NCBI GenBank assembly: GCA_965215505.1
Contig: OZ244065.1
Location: 1,120,001 to 1,184,000 of the forward strand
DNA length: 64,000 nt
Direction: 5' to 3'
DNA from: Capsulimonadaceae bacterium
Lineage (GTDB): Bacteria; Armatimonadota; Armatimonadia; Armatimonadales; Capsulimonadaceae
Below, in pieces: positions 41,419 through 50,928 of the stretch. The notes beneath the pieces are model-generated. The model was not told the DNA's origin. It worked only from the letters and a program-made list of their open reading frames with translations, and ran no database searches. Numbering within the stretch: position 1 is the first letter of the stretch; every line of letters begins with the position of its first letter. Made by a program: the position numbers and the translations under genes.

Positions 41419-42282
41419 ATGACACACGAGGCAAAGCACAGTGCCCCGCAGGACGTGGGGTGGGATGAGCGCGCGGTCGCGCCGCTCATCAAGACGCTGG
41501 AGGCCCGCGACCCGGACATGCGCCGCTCGGCGGCCCTGGCCCTGGGTCACATCCGGGACGGGCGCGTCGTCGGGCCGCTCGTGGCCGCCCTGCGCGACCC
41601 GGACCCGGAGGTCCGCCGGTGGGCGGTGCTGGGGCTGGGCCGCATCGGGGACCTTTCGGCCTTGCCCGCCATGATCGCCTGCCTCCGCGAGACGGGCGAG
41701 TCGGAGCGGGCGGCGGCGCAGCAGGCTTTGGCGATGATCGGGGCACCGGCCATTCCCGCCCTGGCCCAGACGCTCCGGCATTATAACCCTGACACCGGAT
41801 GCGCGGCGGCGAGCGTCCTGGGCCGGATCGCGGACCCGGAGGCCGTCGGGCCGCTTCTGGGCGCGCTCCAGGCTCCGGAGGTGCGGATGCGGATGGCGGC
41901 GGCGCGGGCATTGGCGGACTCGGCGGCGGTCAACCCCACCCCGCAGGTGCGGGCGGCGCTCGCCCCGCTGCGCCGCCTGGCCTGGCAGGAACACGCGGCC
42001 TTCTACCGTGGGATCATCGCGCGGATCGAAGGGGCGACCGCGCCGACAGCATTCCTGCCGATCCCGGCGGGGCGGCCCGATCCGCCGACCGCCCTCCTCC
42101 CCATCCCGACCGGCCCGCCGACGCCGGACCCGCACGGGCTGCCCATCCCCGCCGCGTCTGGAGCGGATGGCCAGACGGACTCCGAGACTTTCCCCGAGGC
42201 CCTGGGCTGGCGGCGGCGTCTGTCCCGGCTCCTCGCGCGCGCCTTCCCGCCCCGGCGGCCTGGCGGCGGGGGGCGGCGATGA
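41419..42282 (+). CDS. HEAT-repeat protein
   Basis: Repeated LxDxDxxVRxxAxxALGxI; C-terminal LPIP repeats. Confidence 0.85.
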   Translation: MTHEAKHSAPQDVGWDERAVAPLIKTLEARDPDMRRSAALALGHIRDGRVVGPLVAALRDPDPEVRRWAVLGLGRIGDLSALPAMIACLRETGESERAAAQQALAMIGAPAIPALAQTLRHYNPDTGCAAASVLGRIADPEAVGPLLGALQAPEVRMRMAAARALADSAAVNPTPQVRAALAPLRRLAWQEHAAFYRGIIARIEGATAPTAFLPIPAGRPDPPTALLPIPTGPPTPDPHGLPIPAASGADGQTDSETFPEALGWRRRLSRLLARAFPPRRPGGGGRR

Positions 42283-43865
42283 CGGCACACCTGGCGGTTG
42301 ATTTCGGCACCACCAACACGGTCGTCGCCGTGGCGGAGGGCGGCGGCGTCCGCGTGCTGCACCTGCCGGGGCTGACGCGGGAGCAGCCGAACGACCAGTC
42401 GCCGCTCGTCCCCTCCGCCGTCCACGTCTCCGAGGCCGTGCGCCGCCGATGGTTCTTCCTTCAGCGGGAGCGACGTGTGTGCGTGGGCCAGGCCGCGCTG
42501 AACCAGGACTACGCGGGGCATGCCGCCCAGGCCCGCCAGTTCGCGCAGGGCTTCAAGCCGCTGCTCGCGGCCCAGCCCCACCACCCGCTCCTGCGGGGCG
42601 CGGCGGCGGACCTTTCGGCGCGGGAGGTGTCTTTCCTGTTCCTCCAGGGGCTGCTGTCATCGGTACGGGCGCAGCACCGGCTCCGGGCGTTCGACCTGAC
42701 CATGCCGGTCCCGGTCGGCTCTTACGAGGCTTACCGGGCCGAGCTGCGCGCGCTGGCCCGGCGGCTGGGCGTCCGCCGCTTCCGCACCGTGGATGAGCCG
42801 GTGGCGGCGGCCATCGGCTACGGGGTGAGCATCGGGCGCGAGGGGACGCTGCTGGTGGTGGACTTCGGCGGGGGGACGCTGGACCTCGCCGCCGTCCGCC
42901 TGGGACCGTCGGCGGCGGACGGGGGCGGCGTGCCCGTACTCGCCAAGCACATGGAGGCATTGGGTGGGGACGACGTGGACGGCTGGCTGCTGGAACACCT
43001 GCTGGGCGCAGGCTTTTGGGGCGACGCGCCCGGCCCGCCCGAGTGGCAGTACGACGCTCGCTGGGAGGTCATGCGGGTCAAGGAGCAGGTGAGCCGTGAG
43101 GGCGAGGCGGAGTTCCGGTGGCGCGGTGTCCGGCGCGGCCTGGGGCTTGCCGAGTTCACCGACCTCCTGGCCCGGCGCGGGCTGTACGACCGGCTGCGGG
43201 CCGCCCTGGGGGAAGTCCGGCGGCAGCTCGCGGAGGGCGGACACCCGATGCCGGACGAGGTCCTGCTGGTGGGCGGCTCGACCCTGCTGCCGGGCGTGGC
43301 CGCCGCCGTGGACGGGGCGTTCCCCGAGTCGGTCGTGCGCCATGACCCCGCCACCGTCTTCACGGCGGTCGCGGTGGGGGCGGCGCACTTCGCGAGCGGC
43401 GTTCCCGTGGATGACTTCACCTATCACGACTACGGGCTGGCCGTGCTGGCCGTGCAGAACGCGCAGACCCGGACCGTCGAGTATGAGCTGCTTGTCCCGC
43501 GCCGCACGCGCTACCCGACGGCCCCGGACCTCGCGGTGCGCTACTACGCGGATTACCCCGGCATGACCGACATCGGGTTCCATGTGAGCGAGGTAGGGCG
43601 GCTGGGCCAGTCTTCGGTGCTGTGGGAGGTGCGCCCGAACGGGGCGAGCTACTGGCGGCCCGAGTGCGAGGCAGGCCGCGCCTGCCTGGTGGCCCTCAAC
43701 CCCGCCGACGCGCCGCTGCCCCTGCGCCCTGCCGGGAAAGGCACGTCGCCGCGCCTGCGGGTGACTTACGGGGTCAATGCCGACCGCTGGCTGTGCGTGA
43801 CGGTGGAAGACCTGGTCCGCCGGGAGACGCTGCGGCGGGCCGAGCCGGTCGTCCGGCTCCGGTGA
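42279..43865 (+). CDS. Hsp70-family (non-DnaK) ATPase
   Basis: VDFGTTNT, DEPVAAA, VDFGGGTLD, LVGGSTL; ATGA overlap with the HEAT gene. Confidence 0.88.
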   Translation: MTAHLAVDFGTTNTVVAVAEGGGVRVLHLPGLTREQPNDQSPLVPSAVHVSEAVRRRWFFLQRERRVCVGQAALNQDYAGHAAQARQFAQGFKPLLAAQPHHPLLRGAAADLSAREVSFLFLQGLLSSVRAQHRLRAFDLTMPVPVGSYEAYRAELRALARRLGVRRFRTVDEPVAAAIGYGVSIGREGTLLVVDFGGGTLDLAAVRLGPSAADGGGVPVLAKHMEALGGDDVDGWLLEHLLGAGFWGDAPGPPEWQYDARWEVMRVKEQVSREGEAEFRWRGVRRGLGLAEFTDLLARRGLYDRLRAALGEVRRQLAEGGHPMPDEVLLVGGSTLLPGVAAAVDGAFPESVVRHDPATVFTAVAVGAAHFASGVPVDDFTYHDYGLAVLAVQNAQTRTVEYELLVPRRTRYPTAPDLAVRYYADYPGMTDIGFHVSEVGRLGQSSVLWEVRPNGASYWRPECEAGRACLVALNPADAPLPLRPAGKGTSPRLRVTYGVNADRWLCVTVEDLVRRETLRRAEPVVRLR

Positions 43866-43992
43866 GCGGGGGCTGGAACACGCCGGGCCTTTCTGTGACG
43901 CATTTCACGCACCCTTTGTGACCTCCGCCTCATACGCCCCGCGCGTTCGCTTCTATAATGGAGCATCAGACCGAACCGAGGGGGATTCAATC

Positions 43993-44211
43993 ATGCAGCA
44001 GGCTATCCAGCAGACGTACCGGCATCTCGTCCAGCAGCACATCGTCCGGCAGCAGCTCACCCAGCAGGAGGCCCCCCGGACGGCGGGGCGGGACGCGGAC
44101 GCCGAGAAACGGGCGCACGCGCGGGGCATGGCGTGGGAGATGGGCGGCGTCCTGGCCCTGTTCGCCGCCGCCACGGCGGCGGGCATTCTGGCACAGGCCC
44201 ACCTGGGCTGA
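43993..44211 (+). CDS. Small hypothetical protein with a C-terminal TM
   Basis: GAGGGG SD, TATAAT upstream, terminator downstream. Confidence 0.55.
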   Translation: MQQAIQQTYRHLVQQHIVRQQLTQQEAPRTAGRDADAEKRAHARGMAWEMGGVLALFAAATAAGILAQAHLG

Positions 44212-44237
44212 GGCCGTAGTCAGAGACGAGTCACTTT

Positions 44238-44274
44238 AAAGGCCGCCCCCGGTATGATCCGGGGGCGGCCTTTT
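44238..44274. terminator. Bidirectional intrinsic terminator
   Basis: AAAGGCCGCCCCCGG..CCGGGGGCGGCCTTTT between convergent genes. Confidence 0.8.
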
Positions 44275-44293
44275 CCGTCTGCCGCCGGCCCCG

Positions 44294-45379
44294 TCAGCGG
44301 ACGACACGCAGGATGACCAGGAGGGAGCCGGCGCTGATCGCCAGCCAGAGCAGGATGCCCTGGGCCATCGGCTTCCAGCCGACCGCTTTCAAAGTCGCGC
44401 GCGAGAGGCCCGCCCCGATCAGGAACAGCGTCAGGGTGAGGCCCACGGTCGCGGCATGGGAGAGGGCCGGTGACGCGCCCGCCACGCCGGGGATGAAGCT
44501 GCGGGCGACCGAGGCCAGCAGGAACAGGCCGATGAACCAGGGGATTTGCAGCTTGCCCTGCGCGTTCGGCGGCGTCTGCCGGGGATCGAAGCCGACGGTG
44601 GTGTCCGCCAGGCCGCCCGCCCGCGCCGGGGCCGTCTCCGGACTCCGGTGCCGAAAGGCGAGCGTGGCGGCGAGGGCGACCGGCACGATCCACAGGGCGC
44701 GGGACAGTTTCACCGCCGTCGCCGTTTGCAGGGCGGGCAGGCCGTAGCGGGAGGCCGCGCCGACAACCGAGGAGATGTCGTGGATCGCGACCCCGCACCA
44801 GGTCCCGAACTGCGTCTGGGACAGCCCCAGGGCGTGGCCGAGGATCGGGAAAACGTAGAGTGCGACGGCGTTGAGCAGGAAGACCGTGCCCATCGCCACG
44901 GTCATCTCCCCTTCCGCCGCCCCGATGACCGAGCCGACGGCGGCGATGGCCGACCCGCCGCAGATGGCCGTCCCGGCGGAGATCAGGGCGGAAGTCTTGG
45001 CGTTGATTCTCAGCCACTTCCCGGCGGCGTATCCGAGGGCGAGGGTGCCGGCGATGCTCCCGGCGGCGAGCATCATGCCGCTCTCGCCGGCCCGGAGGAC
45101 GACGGCGAGGTCCATACCGAAACCGAGGAAGACGACGCAGCCCTGGAGGAGCAGTCTGGCGGCGTGCTTGCCGATATGGTGATAGGGGTTCTCATGGGTC
45201 AAGGCCAGGAACATGCCCAGGGCCAGCGCGAACGGCGGGGAGGCCCAGGGTGTGAGGCAGAAGGCGGCGGCGATGAGGAACAGGGCCTGCCGCGCCGTGA
45301 GCGGCAGCATAGGCCATCTCTCCTGCTCCTTCCTTGCGGGGGCGGGTGTCTCCTCTTGTGTCCGGACTTGTGTGACCAT
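44294..45379 (-). CDS. YeiH/putative sulfate exporter family membrane protein
   Basis: GTAICGGSAIAA, GVAIHDISSVVGA, VKLSRALWI, IPWFI. Confidence 0.9.
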   Translation of the reverse strand: MVTQVRTQEETPAPARKEQERWPMLPLTARQALFLIAAAFCLTPWASPPFALALGMFLALTHENPYHHIGKHAARLLLQGCVVFLGFGMDLAVVLRAGESGMMLAAGSIAGTLALGYAAGKWLRINAKTSALISAGTAICGGSAIAAVGSVIGAAEGEMTVAMGTVFLLNAVALYVFPILGHALGLSQTQFGTWCGVAIHDISSVVGAASRYGLPALQTATAVKLSRALWIVPVALAATLAFRHRSPETAPARAGGLADTTVGFDPRQTPPNAQGKLQIPWFIGLFLLASVARSFIPGVAGASPALSHAATVGLTLTLFLIGAGLSRATLKAVGWKPMAQGILLWLAISAGSLLVILRVVR

Positions 45380-45576
45380 CGGTTTCCTCATTTCGTTCTC
45401 TGCACACACTTTACCGCCGGGCGTGACATATTACAAATACATCTATGTTTCACTCTCCATAACCCCATAGCATATTGATTTCACTGGCGTGATGGCCCTC
45501 TTCGGGAGGAGGTCAGGCCGCCCGTGTCGTATACTAGTGTAGTCAGACCGAAATGGGCTAGGAAGAGCGAGGCACG

Positions 45577-46923
45577 ATGGGACGACAAGATGTGACAGAG
45601 GATGCCGGCGTCCGGGAGCGCCTGGCGCTGCTGGACACCCTCTTCGCATCCGCGCAACTAGGGTTCGGCTTTGTGGACCGCCGGTTCCGCTTCACCCGCG
45701 TCAACGCGCGCCTGGCCGCTATTAATGGCCTGCCTGCCGAGGCGCACCTGGGCCGGTCCGTGGAGGAGGTCCTGGGGTCCGCGCTCTGGGAGAGCCGCCT
45801 TCCACTGTTCGAGCAGGCTCTGGCGGGGACGGAAGTGGTTGACGCCGCGCTGGCGGGGCGCACCGCAGACCCTGGGGGCGGCGAGCGGCGGGTGCTGTCC
45901 TCCTACTACCCCGTCTTCCATGAGGCCGGCGTCATGGGGGTGGCGGTCGTGGTCCGGGACGTGACCGAGCAGGAGCGGGCGGAGGAGGCGCTGCGGGCGG
46001 GCCGCGAGCAGTACCGCCTGATCTTCGAGGCCAACCCGCAGCCGATGTGGGTCTACGACCTGGAGACGCTGGCGTTCCTGGCCGTCAACGCCGCCGCCGA
46101 GCGCGTCTACGGCTACTCGCAGGCGGAGTTCCTGGCGATGACTCTGGCCGACATCCGGCCCGCCGAGGACGCGCCCGCTCTGGCCGCTTCGGTCGGGGCA
46201 CCGCGCGTCGGCACCCACACGGACGGCCCGTGGCGGCATCTCCGCAAAGATGGGTCGGGGCTGTGGGTGGAGGTCGCGGCCAGCGCGCTAAACTTCCAGG
46301 GGCGGTCGGCCCGCCTGATCACAGCCCTGGACGTGACGGAGCGCGTGGAGATCGAGGGCGAGCGGCGGCAGGTGGCCGAGCGGCGGCAGGCTTTCATGCG
46401 GGACGTGCTTTCGAGCGTCACCGGGGGCAAGCTGCTGCTGTCCGACCCGGCGACGCCGCTGCCCGCGCCGCTCGCGCCCGTCGGAGGGCCGATCCCGCTG
46501 ACGCGGGAGGGGGGCTTGTGGGAGCTGCGCCGCCGGGCGGAGGGGGCCGCACGGGAGGCGGGGTATTCCGACATGCGCCAGTTCGACCTGATCACGGCGG
46601 CGAGCGAGGCGGGCATGAACGCCATCGTCCACGCCGGCGGCGGCACGGCGCGCGTGTTCACCGGGGACGCGGGCGCTGACGAGGCGGGGACGATCCAGGT
46701 ATGGGTGGAGGACCGGGGGGCGGGCATCGCGGTGGAGAACCTGCCGCGCGCGGCCCTGGCGCGCGGCTTCACGACGGCGGGCAGTCTGGGCCACGGGCTG
46801 AAGATGATGCTCGAAACGGCGGACCATCTCTATTTGCGGACCGGGCCGGAGGGGACGACGGCGCTGATCGAGCAGGGGCGGGAGCCGCCGCAGCCCGCGT
46901 GGCTCTCGGAGGCCCTGCGATGA
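45577..46923 (+). CDS. PAS-PAS sensor fused to an RsbT/RsbW-like HATPase
   Basis: Two PAS domains; ASEAGMNAIVHAG, EDRGAGI, SLGHGL; no HisKA H-box seen. Confidence 0.85.
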   Translation: MGRQDVTEDAGVRERLALLDTLFASAQLGFGFVDRRFRFTRVNARLAAINGLPAEAHLGRSVEEVLGSALWESRLPLFEQALAGTEVVDAALAGRTADPGGGERRVLSSYYPVFHEAGVMGVAVVVRDVTEQERAEEALRAGREQYRLIFEANPQPMWVYDLETLAFLAVNAAAERVYGYSQAEFLAMTLADIRPAEDAPALAASVGAPRVGTHTDGPWRHLRKDGSGLWVEVAASALNFQGRSARLITALDVTERVEIEGERRQVAERRQAFMRDVLSSVTGGKLLLSDPATPLPAPLAPVGGPIPLTREGGLWELRRRAEGAAREAGYSDMRQFDLITAASEAGMNAIVHAGGGTARVFTGDAGADEAGTIQVWVEDRGAGIAVENLPRAALARGFTTAGSLGHGLKMMLETADHLYLRTGPEGTTALIEQGREPPQPAWLSEALR

Positions 46924-48848
46924 GAAGCCCTGCGATGAACGGCTCCAGCGCACTGGCGCGCGCGGGGACGTACCTGATGGTGTTCGCCAGCGTCGCCGCC
47001 TCCACGCTCGTGCGCGCAGACCTGACTCCGCTCCTGGGGACGCGCGCGGCCTTCATCATCTACTTCCCGGCCCTCGTCTTCAGCGCCTGGATCGGCGGGT
47101 GGGGCGGCGGGCTGACCGCCCTGACTCTGTCCTCACTGGCGGCGATCTTTTTCTTCGTCTCCCCGCACCACACCCTCGCCCTGGCCTCACGGACCGACCA
47201 GGTGACTCTGCTGGTCTTCATCATCGTCGGCCTGAGCGTTTCGGCCATCAGCAGCTCCCAGCGCCGGGCGCAGGAGCGGGCCGAGGCGGCGGCGGCGGAC
47301 GCCCAGCGCAGCGAGCGCGCCCTGCGCGAGAGTGAGGCGCGCAAGGCCGCCGTGATCGAGGTCGCCCTGGACTGCATCATCGCCATTGACGAGAAGGGCG
47401 GGATCGTCGAGTTCAACCCGGCCGCCCAGAGGACCTTCGGCTACACGGCGGAGGAGGCCCTTGGCCGGCACATCGCCGAGACGGTCATCCCGCCCGCGTT
47501 CCGCGATCAGCACCGCGCGGGGTTCGCCGAATACCTCGTCACGGGCGGCGGCCCCGTCCTCGGCCAGCGGCTGGAGCTGATCGGGATGCGGAAAGGGGGC
47601 GAGGAGTTCCCCGTCGAGCTTTCCATCGTGCCGACGGAGCGGGACGGTCGGCGCGGCGCAATCGCCTACCTGCGGGACATCGGCGAGCGCCAGGCGCTGG
47701 AGGCCGAGCAGGGCCGCCTGGCGGACACCAACCGGCTGCTGCTGGACTCGACGGGCGAAGGCATCTACGGCATCGACACCGGGGGCGTGTTCACCTTCGT
47801 CAACCGGGCGGCGGCGCGGATGCTGGGGTTCGCGCCCGAAGACATCCTCGGCCGCAGCGGGCACGCGCTGATCCACCACTCACGGCCGGACGGCACCCGC
47901 TACCCGGAGGGCGAGTGCCCGATTTTCCGCGCCATCCGCAGCGGCGAGAGCGCCCGCGTCGAGGACGAGGTGTTCTGGCGCGCGGACGGCACCCCCCTCC
48001 CGGTCGCCTACAGCGCCGCGCCGATCGTCGAGCAGGGGACGGTCCGGGGGGCGGTGGTGACGTTCCGCGACATCGGCGAGCGCCGGGCGCTGGAACTGGA
48101 GCGGGAGCGGCTGACCGAGCGCGAACACCGCATCGCGGAGCAGCTCCAGGAGGCGCTCCAGCCCGCCATCCCGGCCTCGGTCCCCGGCCTGGACCTGGCG
48201 GACTACTACCACCCGGCCCTGGAAGAAGCGGGTGTCGGCGGGGACTTCTGCGACGTGTTCGCCGCCGACAAGGGCGTGACGTTCCTCATCGTCGGCGACC
48301 TGTCCGGCAAGGGGCTGGCGGCGGCCTCGCAGGTCGCCACCGTCCGGAACATGCTGCGCTTCGCGCTTTACAACGGGCGCACCCTGGCAGGCCCTTTAAC
48401 GACGCTGGGGCGCACCCTGGTGGAGAACGACCTGCTGACGGGCTTCGCGACGCTGTTCGTCGGGCGCTATGACGCCCACACGAGCCGCCTGAGCTATGTC
48501 AACTGCGGCCAGGACGCCGGGCTGGTCCTCCGGGCGGGGACGGGGGAGGTGGAGGAGCTGGCCTCGACCGGACCGATCCTGGGCGGCTTCGAGGGGGCGG
48601 ACTACACCGAGGGGTCGGTGACACTGGGGCGGGGGGACGTGCTGGCGCTGTTCACGGACGGGCTGACCGAGGCCGGGCCGACCCGGTCGTCGCTCCTCGG
48701 CGGGGAAGGCGTGGCCCGGCTCCTCCGGGCGCAGGCGGGCCGGCGAGACGCGCGGGGGATTGCGGACCGGCTCATCGCGGGCGTGGACGACTACGCCCAG
48801 AGCGGCATCCGCGACGACCAGTGCCTCTTGATTGGCGTCGTGACTTGA
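46920..48848 (+). CDS. DUF4118 membrane domain + two PAS + SpoIIE/PP2C phosphatase
   Basis: TM N-terminus, PAS domains, VGGDF, VGDLSGKG, FTDGLTE, RDDQC; ATGA overlap. Confidence 0.9.
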   Translation: MRSPAMNGSSALARAGTYLMVFASVAASTLVRADLTPLLGTRAAFIIYFPALVFSAWIGGWGGGLTALTLSSLAAIFFFVSPHHTLALASRTDQVTLLVFIIVGLSVSAISSSQRRAQERAEAAAADAQRSERALRESEARKAAVIEVALDCIIAIDEKGGIVEFNPAAQRTFGYTAEEALGRHIAETVIPPAFRDQHRAGFAEYLVTGGGPVLGQRLELIGMRKGGEEFPVELSIVPTERDGRRGAIAYLRDIGERQALEAEQGRLADTNRLLLDSTGEGIYGIDTGGVFTFVNRAAARMLGFAPEDILGRSGHALIHHSRPDGTRYPEGECPIFRAIRSGESARVEDEVFWRADGTPLPVAYSAAPIVEQGTVRGAVVTFRDIGERRALELERERLTEREHRIAEQLQEALQPAIPASVPGLDLADYYHPALEEAGVGGDFCDVFAADKGVTFLIVGDLSGKGLAAASQVATVRNMLRFALYNGRTLAGPLTTLGRTLVENDLLTGFATLFVGRYDAHTSRLSYVNCGQDAGLVLRAGTGEVEELASTGPILGGFEGADYTEGSVTLGRGDVLALFTDGLTEAGPTRSSLLGGEGVARLLRAQAGRRDARGIADRLIAGVDDYAQSGIRDDQCLLIGVVT

Positions 48849-48870
48849 CCCATCGGCGTCGTGACCTGAC

Positions 48871-49839
48871 CTACTTCCCCAGCGCCTTCTGCGTGTACCC
48901 GACGATGGTCTTGGCGGGCGCGAGGCGCGGCTGATCGTCCGCATGGTCGTTGGTGTACCGGATCAGCCCTGCCGGGTCGAGCGCGAAGGCGCGCGGGCAG
49001 GAGTTCAGCTTGTAGACGCCCTCGGTCAGCTTGGAATCCGGATCCGGCAGCAAGGTCGTCTGTTTCAGGTCCAGGCCGTTCCGGGCGGCGAATGCTTTGG
49101 CTTCGGCCCCCGTCCCGGCGAAGACGATGACGGTGCGGGCAGTGGCCGTGCGCTGCGCCCGGCCCCAGGCGCGGGCGACATCGGCGCACCAGGGGCAGCC
49201 GCAGAAGAAGAACAGGGCAGCGGGACGGCCCCGCGTCGCGGCGAGCGAAAAGGATTTGCCCTGAGCGTCGGCCAGCGTGAACGCCGGGGCGGGCCGCCCG
49301 GCCTGCGGCGCGGAGGAGGTCACGGCGGCGGGCGGTGCCTCTACGGGCTTCACGACGGGTGCCGGGGCGGGAGCAGTCCCCGTGTCCGGGTCGTCCTGCA
49401 TCGTGCCGGTGATCTCCAGCAGCACACTGGCGTCGGAGGCCCCGTGGGTGAAGACCCAGACCGACTTCTCCATCGGGCCGGGCGCGAGCCGGTGCGGGAC
49501 GATGCTGACCCGGACGGGGATGATGCCGCCCGGCCCGACCGTCAGCGGCAGGTCCTTGTCGCCGTCCAGGAAGGCCGTCGTGCAGCCGCACGAGGACTGG
49601 AGGCGGTCCACGGTGACGGGGGCCGTGCCGGCGTTCCGCAGGGTGAAGGTGTGTTCCAGCGGCGACTCGTCCGACATCCGGCGCGTCCCGAAGTCGTAGC
49701 GGGCCGTCGCGGCGTCGGCCTGCATCGTCCCCTGCCCCGTCACGATGGTCAGGACGGGGGGCGGGGCGGCGAGGGCGACGCGGGCGGGCGTCGCCAGCAG
49801 GAGGCCCAGCAGGAGGGCGGAAAAGCAGCGGAGTTTCAT
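48871..49839 (-). CDS. Secreted DUF1573 (Ig-like) + redoxin domain protein
   Basis: Signal peptide, FTLRNAG..SSCGCT, APAFTL..FFCGCPWC. Confidence 0.8.
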   Translation of the reverse strand: MKLRCFSALLLGLLLATPARVALAAPPPVLTIVTGQGTMQADAATARYDFGTRRMSDESPLEHTFTLRNAGTAPVTVDRLQSSCGCTTAFLDGDKDLPLTVGPGGIIPVRVSIVPHRLAPGPMEKSVWVFTHGASDASVLLEITGTMQDDPDTGTAPAPAPVVKPVEAPPAAVTSSAPQAGRPAPAFTLADAQGKSFSLAATRGRPAALFFFCGCPWCADVARAWGRAQRTATARTVIVFAGTGAEAKAFAARNGLDLKQTTLLPDPDSKLTEGVYKLNSCPRAFALDPAGLIRYTNDHADDQPRLAPAKTIVGYTQKALGK

Positions 49840-49876
49840 ACTGCTATTATACACCATCGGCGGCGCGCGGAGCGTG

Positions 49877-49906
49877 TTGACAAAGGGGCGCGGCGGCGGT
49901 TATAAT
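49877..49906 (+). promoter_or_regulatory. Promoter TTGACA-N18-TATAAT for tRNA-Gln
   Basis: Consensus boxes; -10 ends 7 nt before tRNA position 1. Confidence 0.8.
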
Positions 49907-49913
49907 AGAGCAT

Positions 49914-49987
49914 TCCGGGGTCGATCAATGGCAGGTCGACTCACTTTGGCTGAGTTAATCGGGGTTCGAGTCCCTGCCCCGGAACCA
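49914..49987 (+). tRNA. tRNA-Gln (TTG), CCA encoded
   Basis: TCCGGGG/CCCCGGA acceptor stem, ACTCA-CTTTGGC-TGAGT anticodon arm, GTTCGAGT T-loop. Confidence 0.92.
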
Positions 49988-50023
49988 CTTCCTCACTACT
50001 GTACCACTCATGGAAGGGCCACA

Positions 50024-50581
50024 ATGGACCAAGAACGGACCGCGCTCGGCAAGAGCATCCTCGACCTCCTACAGCAAGGCAAAAGCTACAATGCGATTGT
50101 CGCGGAAGTCGGCTGCTCCAAGTCCAACGTCAACTATTACGCCAAGAAGCTCGGAACCGCGAAGAAGCTGCGATTCTATGACTGGAAGGCTGTTCAAGCC
50201 TACCATGACCAGAGTAACAACATGACGCAGTGCAAGCGCCACTTCGGCTTCTGCTCTGACGCCTGGGACAAGGCCGTGGAACGAGGCGCACTCATCCCAA
50301 ACCCATGGAAGATCCCTTTGGAAGACCTGCTAGTCAATGGCAGGAACACAGGGCGGCGTCACCTGAAAAACCGTCTGTTCAACGCCGGGGAGATGGAGCA
50401 GTGCTGCCACGAGTGCGGCTTGGTGTATTGGCGCGGGAAGAAACTCCCGCTGGAGCTACACCACATCAATGGCATTCCTAATGACAACCGGCGCGAGAAT
50501 CTAATCATCCTCTGTCCCAACTGCCACAGCCTCACGCCGAACTACTGCGGAAAGAACAAGAAGCGACGAAAAACCCCGTAA
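50024..50581 (+). CDS. HTH + HNH endonuclease
   Basis: N-terminal HTH (SYNAIVAEVGCSKSNVNYY); CHECG..LELHHINGIPNDNRRENLIILCPNCH. Confidence 0.88.
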   Translation: MDQERTALGKSILDLLQQGKSYNAIVAEVGCSKSNVNYYAKKLGTAKKLRFYDWKAVQAYHDQSNNMTQCKRHFGFCSDAWDKAVERGALIPNPWKIPLEDLLVNGRNTGRRHLKNRLFNAGEMEQCCHECGLVYWRGKKLPLELHHINGIPNDNRRENLIILCPNCHSLTPNYCGKNKKRRKTP

Positions 50582-50623
50582 CCGGCGGGGGCGCGTTTTT
50601 GTGCAGGGGGGTATAATGCACCC

Positions 50624-50869
50624 ATGGACCCAGAGTATTTTCGTGCGGACGACGTGATCTCCCTGACCCCCGGCGAGTGGCAGGAGCTAGTGACCTCGAT
50701 CCAGAGTCTGGTGCAGGCAAACAATGCGCTCCTGCAAACGGTCTCCGAGCTGATGGCCCAGCGCAACGCGGCCATCTCGCATCAGGCTCTCCCCGCCCTG
50801 GACGATCTCCCCAAGTCCGACCCTTACGACCTCCGCGTCCTCAACCGGCTTTTCAGCGACAAGTCTTAA
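50624..50869 (+). CDS. Small hypothetical protein
   Basis: 81 aa, coiled-coil-like; TATAAT 6 nt before the ATG. Confidence 0.6.
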   Translation: MDPEYFRADDVISLTPGEWQELVTSIQSLVQANNALLQTVSELMAQRNAAISHQALPALDDLPKSDPYDLRVLNRLFSDKS

Positions 50870-50928
50870 TCCCCCACCCTGTCACCTTCGATTCATCGCC
50901 TTCCATTCCACCCGCCGGAGCAGTACCC

